Shown in pieces: positions 63,600 to 64,000 of a DNA stretch of 64,000 nt (position 1 is its first letter; every line of letters starts with the position of its first letter). A model generated the notes under the pieces. The model did not search any database, was not told the origin of the DNA, and worked only from the letters and a program-made list of their open reading frames with translations. The position numbers and the translations under genes are program-made. The stretch is from a virus. The stretch is from IMG/VR virus record IMGVR_UViG_3300030497_000015. One strand, given 5' to 3'.

Positions 63600-64000
63600 T
63601 TATTTTTTATATTTTCCGTAGATGTAAAACCCTCGAGCGTTGCTCATTTGAGGATGCTTCACGGGAACCGCATTCGGGATTTCTTCGAGTAATACCTTGA
63701 GATGATCGTACAACGCAAGAACTCCTCCGCCTGCAAAGATAGCCGCATCGTATGAATCTAAGCTCACCCTATTTTTTAATCCTGTTATGATACGTCCTGC
63801 GACGATTCTCATAGATTCTTTTTTGATATCCTCTGCTTCGTACTCTCTGCCCCCGTATTCAATGACTAAAGGCTTCTTCTCTTTCTCAGCTTGTCTAACA
63901 AGTCGTTCCATTTGTAGATGCGAAAGACTATTCTTGAGCCCGAGCTTTGTAAGCATTCTGTCGTATACGTCGAACATGGATACTCCGATTCCGAAGTGAT
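63600..64000 (-). CDS. parM: ParM-like ATPase, C-terminal part
   Basis: IFAGGG, PQMSNARGF. Confidence 0.85.
   Translation of the reverse strand, partial: HFGIGVSMFDVYDRMLTKLGLKNSLSHLQMERLVRQAEKEKKPLVIEYGGREYEAEDIKKESMRIVAGRIITGLKNRVSLDSYDAAIFAGGGVLALYDHLKVLLEEIPNAVPVKHPQMSNARGFYIYGKYKK

Overview
This window is almost the whole genome of a temperate Bacillus-type siphovirus that probably persists as a circular plasmid-prophage. The N-terminus of a ParM-like actin gene lies at 1-211 and its C-terminus at 63600-64000, so the two ends appear to join through one short missing piece. Most genes are on the minus strand. From left to right: a plasmid-type rep gene with a likely countertranscript RNA; lysis genes; tail, head and terminase genes (3.8-26.1 kb); a catalytic-domain-only tyrosine recombinase; a candidate ~410-nt highly structured ncRNA followed by an interrupted tRNA-like element (26.8-27.3 kb); a probable packaging/terminus region; accessory genes (2OG-Fe(II) oxygenase-like, HicAB, Acb2/Tad1-like); a nucleoside import-and-salvage set (NupC, dNK, TK, dNMP kinase, NDT) with no recognisable ribonucleotide reductase; a family-A DNA polymerase split in two by RNA ligase and HNH genes; a phage sigma-like factor with 19 candidate GTCCC-N17-(C/A)GCTAA promoters and an upstream SOS box and antisense/attenuator switch; and primase, helicase, loader and partition genes. 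All family assignments come from motif recognition by eye; no database searches were run.
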